A stretch of DNA of 59,658 nt, filler included, from 6 parts of 6 records of this genome joined end to end with filler, not necessarily neighbours in it; one strand, 5' to 3'; positions 1-9,767 are shown, numbered from the whole stretch's first letter. A program made the numbers and translations. The notes: generated by a model not told the origin, from the sequence alone.

Positions 1-84
1 AAAATGGAAAATTCCGAATGTATTCTCTGTGGAAACTGTGCCGATGTTTGTCGCAAAAAATGCATTGAATTAAAGTTTAAATAA
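1..84 (+). CDS. 3' end of a 4Fe-4S binding protein (partial)
   Basis: Frame 1 reads KMENSECILCGNCADVCRKKCIELKFK-TAA, containing a CxxCxxCxxxC ferredoxin-type motif. Truncated by the window start. Confidence 0.8.
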   Translation, partial: KMENSECILCGNCADVCRKKCIELKFK

Positions 85-121
85 TTAAAAAACAGAGTGC
101 TAAAAATAATAAACAAATAAA

Positions 122-688
122 ATGAATAAAAAAAACATTCCAAGAACAGGCAGAATAGGACGATATGTGAATATTGTTGAAAGAAAAACAAACGAAGAAA
201 GCTTTTTAAAAATCGTGAACAAATCAGATGAGTACAAAAAATATAATCCGGAAGAAAAAGCCGAATGGTGGAAAAACTCAGTTGTAATACTGGAGAATGA
301 GGTGGGCAGTAATAGTGCTATAGATATAATGAAAACATGTGGAAGCAAATGTTGTGGTAAAGGGAACAGAAATACAGCCAAACGACTTCTAAAAGAATCA
401 ACGACTATAAAGGAATTTCTTCATAGACTTAGTAAATATGAAGTAAAAGAAGGTGAACTTGAATACAAACTTATTAATGAGAACACCATAATTGGAAGAC
501 ACAACAGGTGTTTTTGCGGTCAGGTAAAAAAAACTAAGGAGAATTTCAAAAATGATACCTATTGCCTATGTTCAGTAGAATTTAACAGGCAATTTTTTGA
601 AGCAGCTTTTGAAAGACCAGTTCAGGTGAAGTTGAAACAATCAATTCTTACTGGCGGCAACTACTGCGAATTTGAAATAAAATTTTAA
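122..688 (+). CDS. Cys-rich hypothetical protein (DUF6144/V4R-like)
   Basis: 188 aa with CGSKCC, CFC, YCLCS and a C-terminal SILTGGNYCEFEI typical of V4R-like ligand-binding folds. Confidence 0.6.
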   Translation: MNKKNIPRTGRIGRYVNIVERKTNEESFLKIVNKSDEYKKYNPEEKAEWWKNSVVILENEVGSNSAIDIMKTCGSKCCGKGNRNTAKRLLKESTTIKEFLHRLSKYEVKEGELEYKLINENTIIGRHNRCFCGQVKKTKENFKNDTYCLCSVEFNRQFFEAAFERPVQVKLKQSILTGGNYCEFEIKF

Positions 689-704
689 TATAAAAATAAA
701 TATC

Positions 705-965
705 ATGAATATTCAAAAAACAGAGCAAACAGCTCATCATAAAGCAAAACTAAAAGTTGAATTTCGAATTCACCTGATAACTTACGTGGTAGTGAATTCT
801 TTACTTGTAATTATCAACCTAATCTTTACTCCCGGATATTTATGGTTTATATGGCCACTTTTAGGATGGGGAATAGGAATAGTTTTACATAGAAGAGAGT
901 TAAAATTTCCGCCAAGACAGAGGCTAACGGATCGGTTGATTGAAAAAGAGATGAAAAAACATTAA
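705..965 (+). CDS. 2TM domain protein
   Basis: FRIHLITYVVVN...LWFIWPLLGWGIGIVLH is the 2TM domain signature. Confidence 0.8.
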   Translation: MNIQKTEQTAHHKAKLKVEFRIHLITYVVVNSLLVIINLIFTPGYLWFIWPLLGWGIGIVLHRRELKFPPRQRLTDRLIEKEMKKH

Positions 966-1001
966 ACGAATACATTTAAGAAACTAAAAAAATCAGCAAT
1001 T

Positions 1002-1643
1002 ATGGAACCTAAAAACAAAGAAACATACTGGAGTCAATTTACCTCAGAGTATGAAGAAAAACAAAGTTATGTGGCTGGTAAAGAAGTTATTTCATTAGCC
1101 ATGGAAGAATTATCAACGGAGCTTAACCTGGGGAAAGTTTTAGAACTGGGGTGTGGTACCGGATTATATACTGAAACTTTACAAAAGATTTCAGAAGAAA
1201 TTATAGCAACAGATTTTTCAGAAGAAATGATTGAGGCAGCTAAGCAAAAGAGCGGATATCTTGATAATGTTAGTTTCATGCAGGCAAATGCTCTAAATTT
1301 ACAATTCGATAAAGAAAGTTTTGACACGGTATTTATGGCAAATCTTATACACATTATCGAAGATCCGGAAAAGGCAATTAGGGAGAGTTGCCGTGTGCTG
1401 AAAAGCGGAGGGCAAATTATTATTACTTCTTTTGCAGTTGACCAAATGAGTTTCTTCAACAAAATATCCTTAGCAATACGATATCAAAAAGCATTTGGAA
1501 AACCATCTAAAGAATCATTAAAAGAAAAAACACCAAAAAAAAGAATTGAAAAACTGTTGGTTAATAATGGTTTTAAAATCTCTAAAAGCAAGGTTTTAGG
1601 AAATAAAGAAAAAGCTGTTTATATAAAATGTATTAAAAATTAG
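1002..1643 (+). CDS. Class I SAM-dependent methyltransferase
   Basis: Motifs VLELGCGTG, DFSEEMI, FDTV and RVLKSGG. Confidence 0.9.
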   Translation: MEPKNKETYWSQFTSEYEEKQSYVAGKEVISLAMEELSTELNLGKVLELGCGTGLYTETLQKISEEIIATDFSEEMIEAAKQKSGYLDNVSFMQANALNLQFDKESFDTVFMANLIHIIEDPEKAIRESCRVLKSGGQIIITSFAVDQMSFFNKISLAIRYQKAFGKPSKESLKEKTPKKRIEKLLVNNGFKISKSKVLGNKEKAVYIKCIKN

Positions 1644-1673
1644 AAAAGTGACACGAAAAGAAATATCAAGATA

Positions 1674-2162
1674 ATGGAAACAAAATTCAGAAAAAGCCCG
1701 CCTGTGTGCCTGTTCATTTCAATTATTAGATTACTGACAGGGAAACTTAAATTATCAAAACATTACCTCAAGGATACTGTAAAAATGAAGGATGGTCAGG
1801 AGTACACCATTTTCAGGCATATTACTACATTTCCTGTTAACGATGCTGAACAAGCGGTTACATTTATCGTTCGCTTTAAATTTGCCCGCTTATCGCATAA
1901 TGCAAACAGAATAGCTTCAATAATTCCTATGCTTTTGATTACCGGCTTTCCGGGTTTTCAAACCAAAATGTACGCAGTAAACAAGGAAAATGGCTACTGG
2001 CAGGGAATGTATCAGTGGAAAACCCAAAAGTACCTTGAAGAGTATTTGAAATCCTTTGTGTATAAAATGATGAATAAAAGAGCAACAAAAGAAACAATTA
2101 GTTCCAAGGAGCATAGAAATCAGTTATTAACCAATTATATTGATAATAATAAAATTCTATAA
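1674..2162 (+). CDS. Hypothetical protein, possible YdhR-like dimeric alpha/beta barrel
   Basis: 162 aa ORF co-oriented with the cluster. GFPGFQTKMYAV...WQGMYQW resembles YdhR/monooxygenase barrels. Confidence 0.5.
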   Translation: METKFRKSPPVCLFISIIRLLTGKLKLSKHYLKDTVKMKDGQEYTIFRHITTFPVNDAEQAVTFIVRFKFARLSHNANRIASIIPMLLITGFPGFQTKMYAVNKENGYWQGMYQWKTQKYLEEYLKSFVYKMMNKRATKETISSKEHRNQLLTNYIDNNKIL

Positions 2163-2361
2163 TATTGGAGTTTCAAAGAATCAAATGTGTTCCAACGCAC
2201 TTCAACCATCCCTTCACTTTCAGGCACATTCGGCATTCCTGCAAAGCTTGCTCACAGTCCCAAAATGCCAAAAGAGCCTTCAAGCCCGTCCCGCTCCAAC
2301 GCACAGATAGAGCGACAGTGCATTAATAAACGGATTGATGTTTAAATGAATCAAGGCCAGC

Positions 2362-2492
2362 GTTCAACAATGGGTATGGTTCATTGGCGTGATAGCGGAT
2401 TGCGAGCGTTTGTATTTCAATTTTTCTTATCTTGTAACTTGATAAGTTTGAGCTATGTAATAGCCAACGAAACCATACCCTAACCGTTGGCA
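2362..2492 (+). mobile_element. attC-like imperfect inverted repeat (candidate cassette recombination site)
   Basis: Starts GTTCAAC (fits RYYYAAC) and ends GTTGGCA. The arms GGGTATGGTT-CATTGGC and GCCAACG-AAACCATACCC pair with one extra base. 131 bp, with an internal CTTATC/GATAAG hairpin. Confidence 0.5.
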
Positions 2493-2586
2493 ACAATGTT
2501 AAATAGAAAGCCGATGATTAAATTAAGGCGAATCTCAAAGACAGATTGGAGTTATTAAACGAATTAATAATTTATAGTACAGTAAC

Positions 2587-3222
2587 ATGAGCCCTAAAAT
2601 AATAGCTTTCATTGCTTTAGTGATTACATCCGTATCCTTAACGGGTAATGATTTGTTTCAACTTGCTTTTGGGGATCACTGGACCGATGCTCATAACAAC
2701 ATGGATGGGGCTGTCGAAAAAGTAAAAGCACTGGTCATTAAAACGCTGATACAGGATGGTGACGTGTGGATTGCCGATGCGGGACAATCTGATTTTTCCG
2801 CTGAGCTTGTAGATGCTGTTCAAAAGGAATGGCCTGAAATAGAGACCTCAAAAAGAATACATGTGGTTCAACATGCCGATTGGAATGAAGAGGTAACAAC
2901 GCCTGAAAAGCTGGATTTCGTGAAACAAAATACGGACTATATAAAAATACCGGATGGCAATGGCGTCGGAAACGGAACTCCCGGTTTTCGAACCCCCGAA
3001 TTTACCAATTGGGATGATAAAATTACCAATCCTGATTTGAGGAAAATATGGCAGCTTGCTATTGATCTGTCAAATAAATACAATGGAAAAGATGGCCGTT
3101 ACCACAATGGGGCGATTGCAGCAGGAGGATTAGATTTCTCAGATTTGTCTGAAGTCTGTTGGGTTTTCGGAATTCACGATATTACGGACACCGAGCATTT
3201 TTTTAATCTCTACGCCCAATAA
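2587..3222 (+). CDS. Exported hypothetical protein, possibly internally deleted
   Basis: Signal-peptide-like N-terminus followed by VWIADAGQSDF, HVVQHADWNE, IPDGN and GLDFSD, reminiscent of a nucleoside-hydrolase-like fold. Confidence 0.5.
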   Translation: MSPKIIAFIALVITSVSLTGNDLFQLAFGDHWTDAHNNMDGAVEKVKALVIKTLIQDGDVWIADAGQSDFSAELVDAVQKEWPEIETSKRIHVVQHADWNEEVTTPEKLDFVKQNTDYIKIPDGNGVGNGTPGFRTPEFTNWDDKITNPDLRKIWQLAIDLSNKYNGKDGRYHNGAIAAGGLDFSDLSEVCWVFGIHDITDTEHFFNLYAQ

Positions 3223-3516
3223 TAGGCCATTTAATCCTGATTTTGACTATTGCCGGGTAATCAAACCAACCACTATGGCTCGTTAACTGTTCAAAGCTAA
3301 CCTTTTTTGGTACAGAGCTGAAGTAGCCATTTTTCTCCTATGAAGGTTTCCTGGGCGTCGTTAGGTTACAGGTCAATATTTGCAACACGTTTTAAGCAAT
3401 TTCACAAGGAGTTCCGGCATGTAATGCTAAAATTTTTCGTATGTTTACAGTAATCAAAGCACGTCATAAAGTTTTGGTAGTGAGGTTTACCATTCAACAA
3501 TTAAAAGCAAATTAAG

Positions 3517-5415
3517 GTGGAGGAATCGTTTCAAAAGCAATTAGCAGCGTTAAAAAGGGAAAATTTGCAACTAAAAGAACAGTTGGATTTTGCAAAGAAA
3601 TTTATGGCTAATTCCAATTATTGGGAAACCTATCGGGATAAAACAGGGCAAATTATTTACATTTCCCCGAAACTGGAAGATACGCTTGGCGAAAGAAAAG
3701 AAGCCTATTTAAAGGGAGACATCCAAATTACAGACTTTATCCACGAAGATGATATTGAAAAGACCATCGAAAACTATAAAAAAGTGATGCAGGGGATTGA
3801 TGTTCCACCGATAAAATGCCGTTTGAATAGCACCCTGTCGCTTGAATATGTACTTATTGATTACAAAAGAGTATTGGATGATGATGGCCGGTTGAATGGT
3901 ATCAGAACGTGTATTTCCGACATTACAGAGCTGGAAAAAAAGGAAAGGAATAAACATAACAATGAAGAACTGCTACGGAATACTACAGATCATATTCCGG
4001 CTTTAATTGGGCAAATTGACAATAATTTGAAATACACCTATGTAAATAAAAGGTATGCAGATTATACCGGGATTGAGGCAGACAAGATTATTGGCAGTAA
4101 TGTTATTGACGTTATTTCAGAGGAGACTTTTAAAATATCGCATCCATATATGTTGAGAGCCCTGGCGGGTGAATTTGTAAGTTTTGAAACCAGGTATATT
4201 AACTCGGCCGGAGAGGTTTTTTATTTTGAATCAAACTTTGTCCCTAACAAGAAAAATAATCAGGTTAAGGGTTTCATGGTACTTGCATGGGATATTACCG
4301 AACGAAAAAAAGTGGAACAAGCCTTGAAACAAAGTGAAGAAAAATTCCACACACTATTTTCAGACAGCAGGGTTGTAAAATTGCTTATAAGTGCGCAAAA
4401 AGATGGTAAAATAATTGATGCAAACGAAGCGGCTTCAAATTTTTATGGATATTCAATTGATAAACTTTGCATCATGAAAATAAATCAGATAAATATTTTG
4501 TCTGAAAGTGAAATAAGGGAAAGAATGAACGAAGCAGAGTTGAAAAAACAAAATTATTTTGAATTTAAGCATCGCCTTGCATCAGGCGAAATAAAGGATG
4601 TTGAAGTATTCTCTAATCCTGTAATGATTAACAACGAAAGCGTACTCCACTCTATCATTGTAGATATAACTGAAAGAAAAAAAGCAGAGCATGTCATCAA
4701 AGAAAACCAGGTTCAATTAAAAGAGCTAAATGCTACAAAAGACAAATTATTTTCAATTATTGCCCATGACCTAAGAAGCCCTTTTACTAACATATATTCG
4801 CTCTCTGGCCTGTTAACTGATGACGAAATAGAAATTGATATTTCTAAATCCAGGAGTATCACTGAATTGATTAATTCGGCCGCCAAAAACTCCCTTAGTT
4901 TGCTCGATAACTTATTGAACTGGTCTAAATCTCAAACGGGCACACTCGACAATAACCCCAAAAAAATTGCTTTGTCACACCTTTTGAATAAAATAGAAGA
5001 AGAATTAAACGCACAGGCAGCAGTTAAAAACATTTCATTAAATATTATTCAATCGAAAGAAACGGAAATTTTTGCTGATGAAAATATGGTGAACCTAATA
5101 TTTCGAAACCTGGTTTCGAATGCAATTAAATTTACCAATCAGGGCGGAAGAATTGACGTTATTGCAATTGAAAAGCCGGATGTTGTGGAGATCTCAGTGG
5201 CAGATAATGGTGTTGGTATCCCGGAAGATAAACTTATTCACCTTTTTAAAATAAATTCGGAAGCACAATCTGTTGGTACTGCAAATGAAAAAGGCTCAGG
5301 ATTGGGATTAATACTTTGTAAGGAATTTGTTGAAAAACTTGGAGGAAAGATTTGGGTAGAAAGTATAGTCGGAAAAGGTAGTAATTTCAAATTTACAGTA
5401 CCGTTGCACAAATAA
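3517..5415 (+). CDS. Multi-PAS sensor histidine kinase
   Basis: Three PAS/PAC segments (DITE motifs), H-box IIAHDLRSP, N-box NLVSNAIKF, and G boxes DNGVG and GSGLGL. Confidence 0.95.
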   Translation: MEESFQKQLAALKRENLQLKEQLDFAKKFMANSNYWETYRDKTGQIIYISPKLEDTLGERKEAYLKGDIQITDFIHEDDIEKTIENYKKVMQGIDVPPIKCRLNSTLSLEYVLIDYKRVLDDDGRLNGIRTCISDITELEKKERNKHNNEELLRNTTDHIPALIGQIDNNLKYTYVNKRYADYTGIEADKIIGSNVIDVISEETFKISHPYMLRALAGEFVSFETRYINSAGEVFYFESNFVPNKKNNQVKGFMVLAWDITERKKVEQALKQSEEKFHTLFSDSRVVKLLISAQKDGKIIDANEAASNFYGYSIDKLCIMKINQINILSESEIRERMNEAELKKQNYFEFKHRLASGEIKDVEVFSNPVMINNESVLHSIIVDITERKKAEHVIKENQVQLKELNATKDKLFSIIAHDLRSPFTNIYSLSGLLTDDEIEIDISKSRSITELINSAAKNSLSLLDNLLNWSKSQTGTLDNNPKKIALSHLLNKIEEELNAQAAVKNISLNIIQSKETEIFADENMVNLIFRNLVSNAIKFTNQGGRIDVIAIEKPDVVEISVADNGVGIPEDKLIHLFKINSEAQSVGTANEKGSGLGLILCKEFVEKLGGKIWVESIVGKGSNFKFTVPLHK

Positions 5416-5470
5416 ATAATGAATTATTCGGGATAAATATTGTCCCGGTTAATTGTTTTATCATTACAAT

Positions 5471-5505
5471 AAAAAAGTCCCGAAACCAAACGGTTTCGGG
5501 ACTTT
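5471..5505. terminator. Intrinsic terminator between convergent genes
   Basis: AAAAAAGTCCCGAAACC-AAAC-GGTTTCGGGACTTT perfect stem with an A/T tail. Confidence 0.85.
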
Positions 5506-5524
5506 GCATTAAAGAATTCTAATA

Positions 5525-8359
5525 CTATTTGATTACCACCTGTTTTGTGGTGAATCCTTCATCGGTCATAATTCTGAACATATAAACGCCACTGCTTAGC
5601 TGTGATGTGTTGATGCTGCATTCGTTTCCGGCAGCATACGCGTTTATTACGAGGTTGCCCATGTAATCGAATACCATAACCTTACTCAGATTATTGGCTA
5701 CGCTAATGTTAACCACATCTCTTGCCGGGTTCGGGTAAATGCTTATGCTTTCGGTATTGTTGATATCCTGGCCAAGTCCTGTTGGTACAATATCCCAACC
5801 TTCGCCAAAGCAAACGTCATCATAGAAAGCACCCGGTGTTCCGCCAACATCCCATCCGTAGTAGTCTATTCCGCCAATGGATGTAGCTACATCCCACTGG
5901 TAGAACCATTCGCCGTCGAACCATACCTCGCCAAGACCCATATCAAGGTCAAAAGCTACCTCAACAAAAATCCAGGTATCCGGTGTGTAGGTAAAATCAA
6001 CGTCAATGGTATTTTGTGTTACAGTTCCGGTTCCATCATCATTAAAGAACAACTCAACTACCCATTCCTGCCCTGGAGTGGGGTCGGATTGAACATTGAA
6101 ATATCCTGAAAATCCTGCAGGAATATAAATGTTGTTTGAGTATACCCATTGTCCTTCAGTAATAGGTTCATCAGCCAGTTTTAGTACAAGGTCGATTGTA
6201 CCGGCATCTATGGCAAATGAATTGGATCCGCTGTGTGCATGCATATCGCTGACAAAGGCATCTTCTGAGCCGCCGGGTGCACCGCTCCAGGTAGTCCAGG
6301 GGTCACCCAACTGTTCGGCAACATATCCGCCAACGGTCAGATCATCAAAATACTCACAGGCATCATTCTCGAACAACTGTTCAAAACAAATATCATCAAA
6401 ATGGGCTCCGGCAGGTGCTCCTCCGGTACCCGGATTTGCATAAATATTTGAACCTGCAAGGGTATTGGCTCCCGCAGTACCAAATGTACCGAGTGTCCAC
6501 TGGTATTCATGTGATAGTACGCCATCTATATACAACTGGCACCAGTCATTGTCCAGATCTACAACCACTTCATGGTTGATCCATGTGTCATACTCGAAAG
6601 GTTGTACCAAAGCTGCGGCACCACCGCCATCAACAACGATTGTTCCGTCATCTTCAAACATTACCTGGAAGCCCCATTCTGTTCCCGGAACCACATCTTT
6701 TTGCAGGTTGTAGTAACCGGCTGTTCCTGTTGGAACATAAATATTCAGGCTATAGCTCCATTTGCCGGAGGTGATATTATTCCCTGTAATCAAATGAACA
6801 AGGTCTGTTGATCCTTCAACAAGAATTGAGTTTGAAGGCGATGTGGAATATAAATCAGAAACAACAGCATCTTCGTCGCCACCGGGAGCTCCACTCCAGG
6901 TTGTCCAGTTGCCGCCCAATTGTTCGGCTGCATAGCCACCAACTGTGAGGTCATCAAAACCTTCACAATCGCCGGAGGGTGGAGGTGGAGGAGGGCCACC
7001 GATACTGAAAGGGGTGAACTCTTCAGATCCAAACTCGCCACCTTCCATAAATACCACACTCTCTTCATCCATCAATTTGTAATATCCTATACCGTAAGAG
7101 CAGCAAATGCCGTCGCCATAAGCATCAAAAATGGCAAATGTGTAACAATCGTCATCTGCAAATTCAAAAGTTTCATTGAAAATAGTTCCCGGCTGCCCGG
7201 TGTAAGGTCCGCCGCTGTAAACTACATCTCCTGCTGAATTGGTAACCTCCCAGGTTGTTTCTTCAGGGTAGTTATCGGTTTTTAATTCGAAAAGTACAGT
7301 TGAGGTAGATACTGCGAAAGCAGCTTCAAAGGTACCTTCAAACGTGTCGTTGTCGGGATTTGGATCTGCCTGTCCGTTAGGATTACTTACCGTAAATTCA
7401 AATGTATTAACCGGTTGTGATACAAATTCAATTTCCGGAAGAGTAACATCTTCACTTATGTTAAATGCCAGCTCACCGGTCCATGCATAAGTTCCCGTAG
7501 TACCACCATTGATCGAATATTCAATATCCAGGCTGGTAAGTGGTTCAGCTCCCATGTTTTTAATGGTAACAACAGGCTCAACTGTATTTCCACAGTATTC
7601 GCCAACAGGGTGTTTCAGGGCTTTTGCCTCAGCATCAATGTTATATACTGAAATGGCCATGAATTTTTGAGTCCCCTGTAGAATTTCTTTTGTGCCATTG
7701 TCCTGAACAAATGCTACCATTGAGCAATTATCCGTATCCCAATAGCTGGTATTAAAGTCAAGTTCGATAACTTGCGTGTCGCTACCTGAAAAATCGAGTG
7801 CTGTTCCGTTTTGGCTTGGAACCATCAGGCGGTTTACCCAGTCCTGTTCATCCATTCCACCCCAAACGATAGGTAGTTTTGATTCAGTAATTACAAACTG
7901 AAGAACCAAGTTGGAGGAAGTGTTACCACCTACATTTTCAACAGTTACAACGGCATGGTAATCACCGTCGGTTTCTTCGAATTCAATACCGATCGTAAAG
8001 TCTGACGGGACTTCAAGACGTGGTTCTATTATTCCGGCAGCCGTTGGTGCCCAATTATTAATACCACCAACAATTTCCTGGATACCATCAAATTTGTAAG
8101 TTGGATACCCGGTAATACCATAATAGTTATTACGGGCATTTGAGTAAACGTTGGCTAACGAATCACCATTGTGGTTTTCGATAACAACAACATCATATCC
8201 GTCTTCGACAATTTCTACTGCTCCTTGTGCAGCTGTCGGGCAGAAGCCTCACCAAAAGCCGGTTGCTCCTTCAATAACGACAACGTCGCGCTCTACCTGC
8301 TGGGCGTGAAGGAAAATACCCAACAAAAGTGTTAACATTAGTGTAAATAAATTTTTCAT
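5525..8359 (-). CDS. T9SS-secreted Omp28/thioredoxin-like protein, probable selenoprotein (in-frame TGA at codon 37, UxxC), 944 aa
   Basis: ATG at 8359 gives MKNLFTLMLTLLLGIFLHA-QQVERDVVVIEGATGFW-[TGA 8251-8249]-GFCPTAAQG...YGITGYPTYKFDG, in frame with the tracked ORF 7909-5525. C-terminal T9SS type A signal ISIYPNPARD...LSSGVYMFRI...KQVVIK. Confidence 0.8.
8203..8248 (-). promoter_or_regulatory. Candidate bacterial SECIS hairpin 3' of the in-frame UGA
   Basis: mRNA CGACA-GCUGC-[ACAAGGA]-GCAGU-(AGAAAU)-UGUCG. The apical loop starts after a 20-nt spacer from the UGA. Folded by eye only. Confidence 0.35.
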
Positions 8360-8406
8360 ACCTGAAATTTTGATTGATTAAAAATTAATAGTCTAATTAA
8401 CATATG

Positions 8407-8414
8407 CAAATGTA
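8407..8414 (-). promoter_or_regulatory. Bacteroidetes-type -7 promoter element
   Basis: TACATTTG (TAnnTTTG) about 50 nt upstream of the ATG at 8359, supporting that start. Confidence 0.5.
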
Positions 8415-8937
8415 TGAATCCTTGATGGTATAAAAACAACAAGATGATAATTTGGAATGATTCTGAATCAGCCACTTAATAAGCATTAAATCCCCTATCA
8501 AAATGGTACTGCACTTAAGAAGGCTTATTGATGGCTGGCTTCCCTTTTTCAGGTATTTGATCACTTCTTCGAAAATTGTAAATCGTTCAGTTCACACCAG
8601 AAGGGCACCAAAAAAAATGATCATGGCCAGGATAAGACTTTTGTTCAATTTCATGAAAGTCCGGTTTTTGCTCAACAGGATTAAAGTAGCGCATTTGGCT
8701 TACCCCCCAAAAAAATTTCCTGACGGAGTTCATTTAGATGTATATAGAAATTGGCCATATTTGATTTGAATGGTGTTCTCAATCTTCTGGGTTATAACCT
8801 GAATGTTTCAATCACAAAACGGGGCAGTCCGTCCTGACCAAAGTTTAAAACACAGGATGCAAAAAGGCTGCTAACCGGGTAGGTTTGTTTGCAGATTTAT
8901 GATTAGACTTGCAGCCTGAATTTGCAAATTAAAAAAC

Positions 8938-9747
8938 ATGAAGTATTTAAGAATTTTTCCACTGTTGGTGTTATTGATTTTGATGATTGCCTGTATAAAC
9001 GACAAAGCGGATGAAAATGAAGCAAAGACCATAAACCCTAAAGAAGCTGTGCTTGGTAAATGGGTTCGGCAAGGCCCGGGAGGAAAAGCAAGCCTTGCTT
9101 TTAAAGAAAACAATCGTGTTGAAATTGATATGAAACAGGATGGTGAAGTTGAAGTGGTTTCGGAATACGTGGTAAAAGGTAATACCATAGAAATTACTGA
9201 TGTTGAAGGACAAAAGTGCCCGGGCACCGGAATTTATGATATCACATTTGGGGAACATTACGTGGGTTTGGATATGTTGATGGATAGTTGTTTTGGACGT
9301 GTGAGGGCGACTATGGGTTTCTGGACACGGCCCAACTATGCTGATATCATCCTTGACCTTGATCAGGCCATTGGAAAAACAAAAAATCCGGAACTGCTAC
9401 TGGAAAGAGCCAGGATATATGTTGCCATTGGCAAGGCCCCTGAGGCAAAGGCAGATTTTGAATCATATGTTAAAACAGATTCTACCGACGCCTATGTTTT
9501 TATGAACCTGGCGGGGACATGCTTTCCACATGATCTTCCCGGGGTGATTAAAAACTGTACAAAGGCCCTGGAACTGGACCCGAATGATAAAAATTCCTAT
9601 TTCATGCGCGGACTGGCAAAATACGACCTTGGGCAAAGGGAGGAAGCCTGCGATGATATCCAGCGTGCCATTGAGCTTGGCTTCAACTTTATTGCCCCGG
9701 CAATCTCAAGCCGGTGCAACGAATTTTGGAATCAGGAGCAGGAGTAA
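8938..9747 (+). CDS. Lipoprotein with C-terminal TPR repeats
   Basis: Lipobox-like LMIAC. TPR pattern KALELDPNDKNSYFMRGLAKYDLG...EACDDIQRAIELG. Confidence 0.8.
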   Translation: MKYLRIFPLLVLLILMIACINDKADENEAKTINPKEAVLGKWVRQGPGGKASLAFKENNRVEIDMKQDGEVEVVSEYVVKGNTIEITDVEGQKCPGTGIYDITFGEHYVGLDMLMDSCFGRVRATMGFWTRPNYADIILDLDQAIGKTKNPELLLERARIYVAIGKAPEAKADFESYVKTDSTDAYVFMNLAGTCFPHDLPGVIKNCTKALELDPNDKNSYFMRGLAKYDLGQREEACDDIQRAIELGFNFIAPAISSRCNEFWNQEQE

Positions 9748-9767
9748 TGTTGAGCCTGAGCTCGCTG

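Noticed and set aside
3270-3330. Second attC-like site (ATGGCT...AGCCAT)
   Set aside because: Only a 6-bp inverted match, with no convincing AAC/GTT core pairing.
8592-8654. Short minus-strand ORF MKLNKSLILAMIIFFGALLV ending in TGA, as a possible second read-through
   Set aside because: The TGA is not in a Cys/redox context and the read-through product resembles nothing recognisable. More likely a signal-peptide remnant.
8503-8769. 88-aa plus-strand ORF
   Set aside because: No motif or RBS-like context. Probably spurious within a decayed intergenic region.
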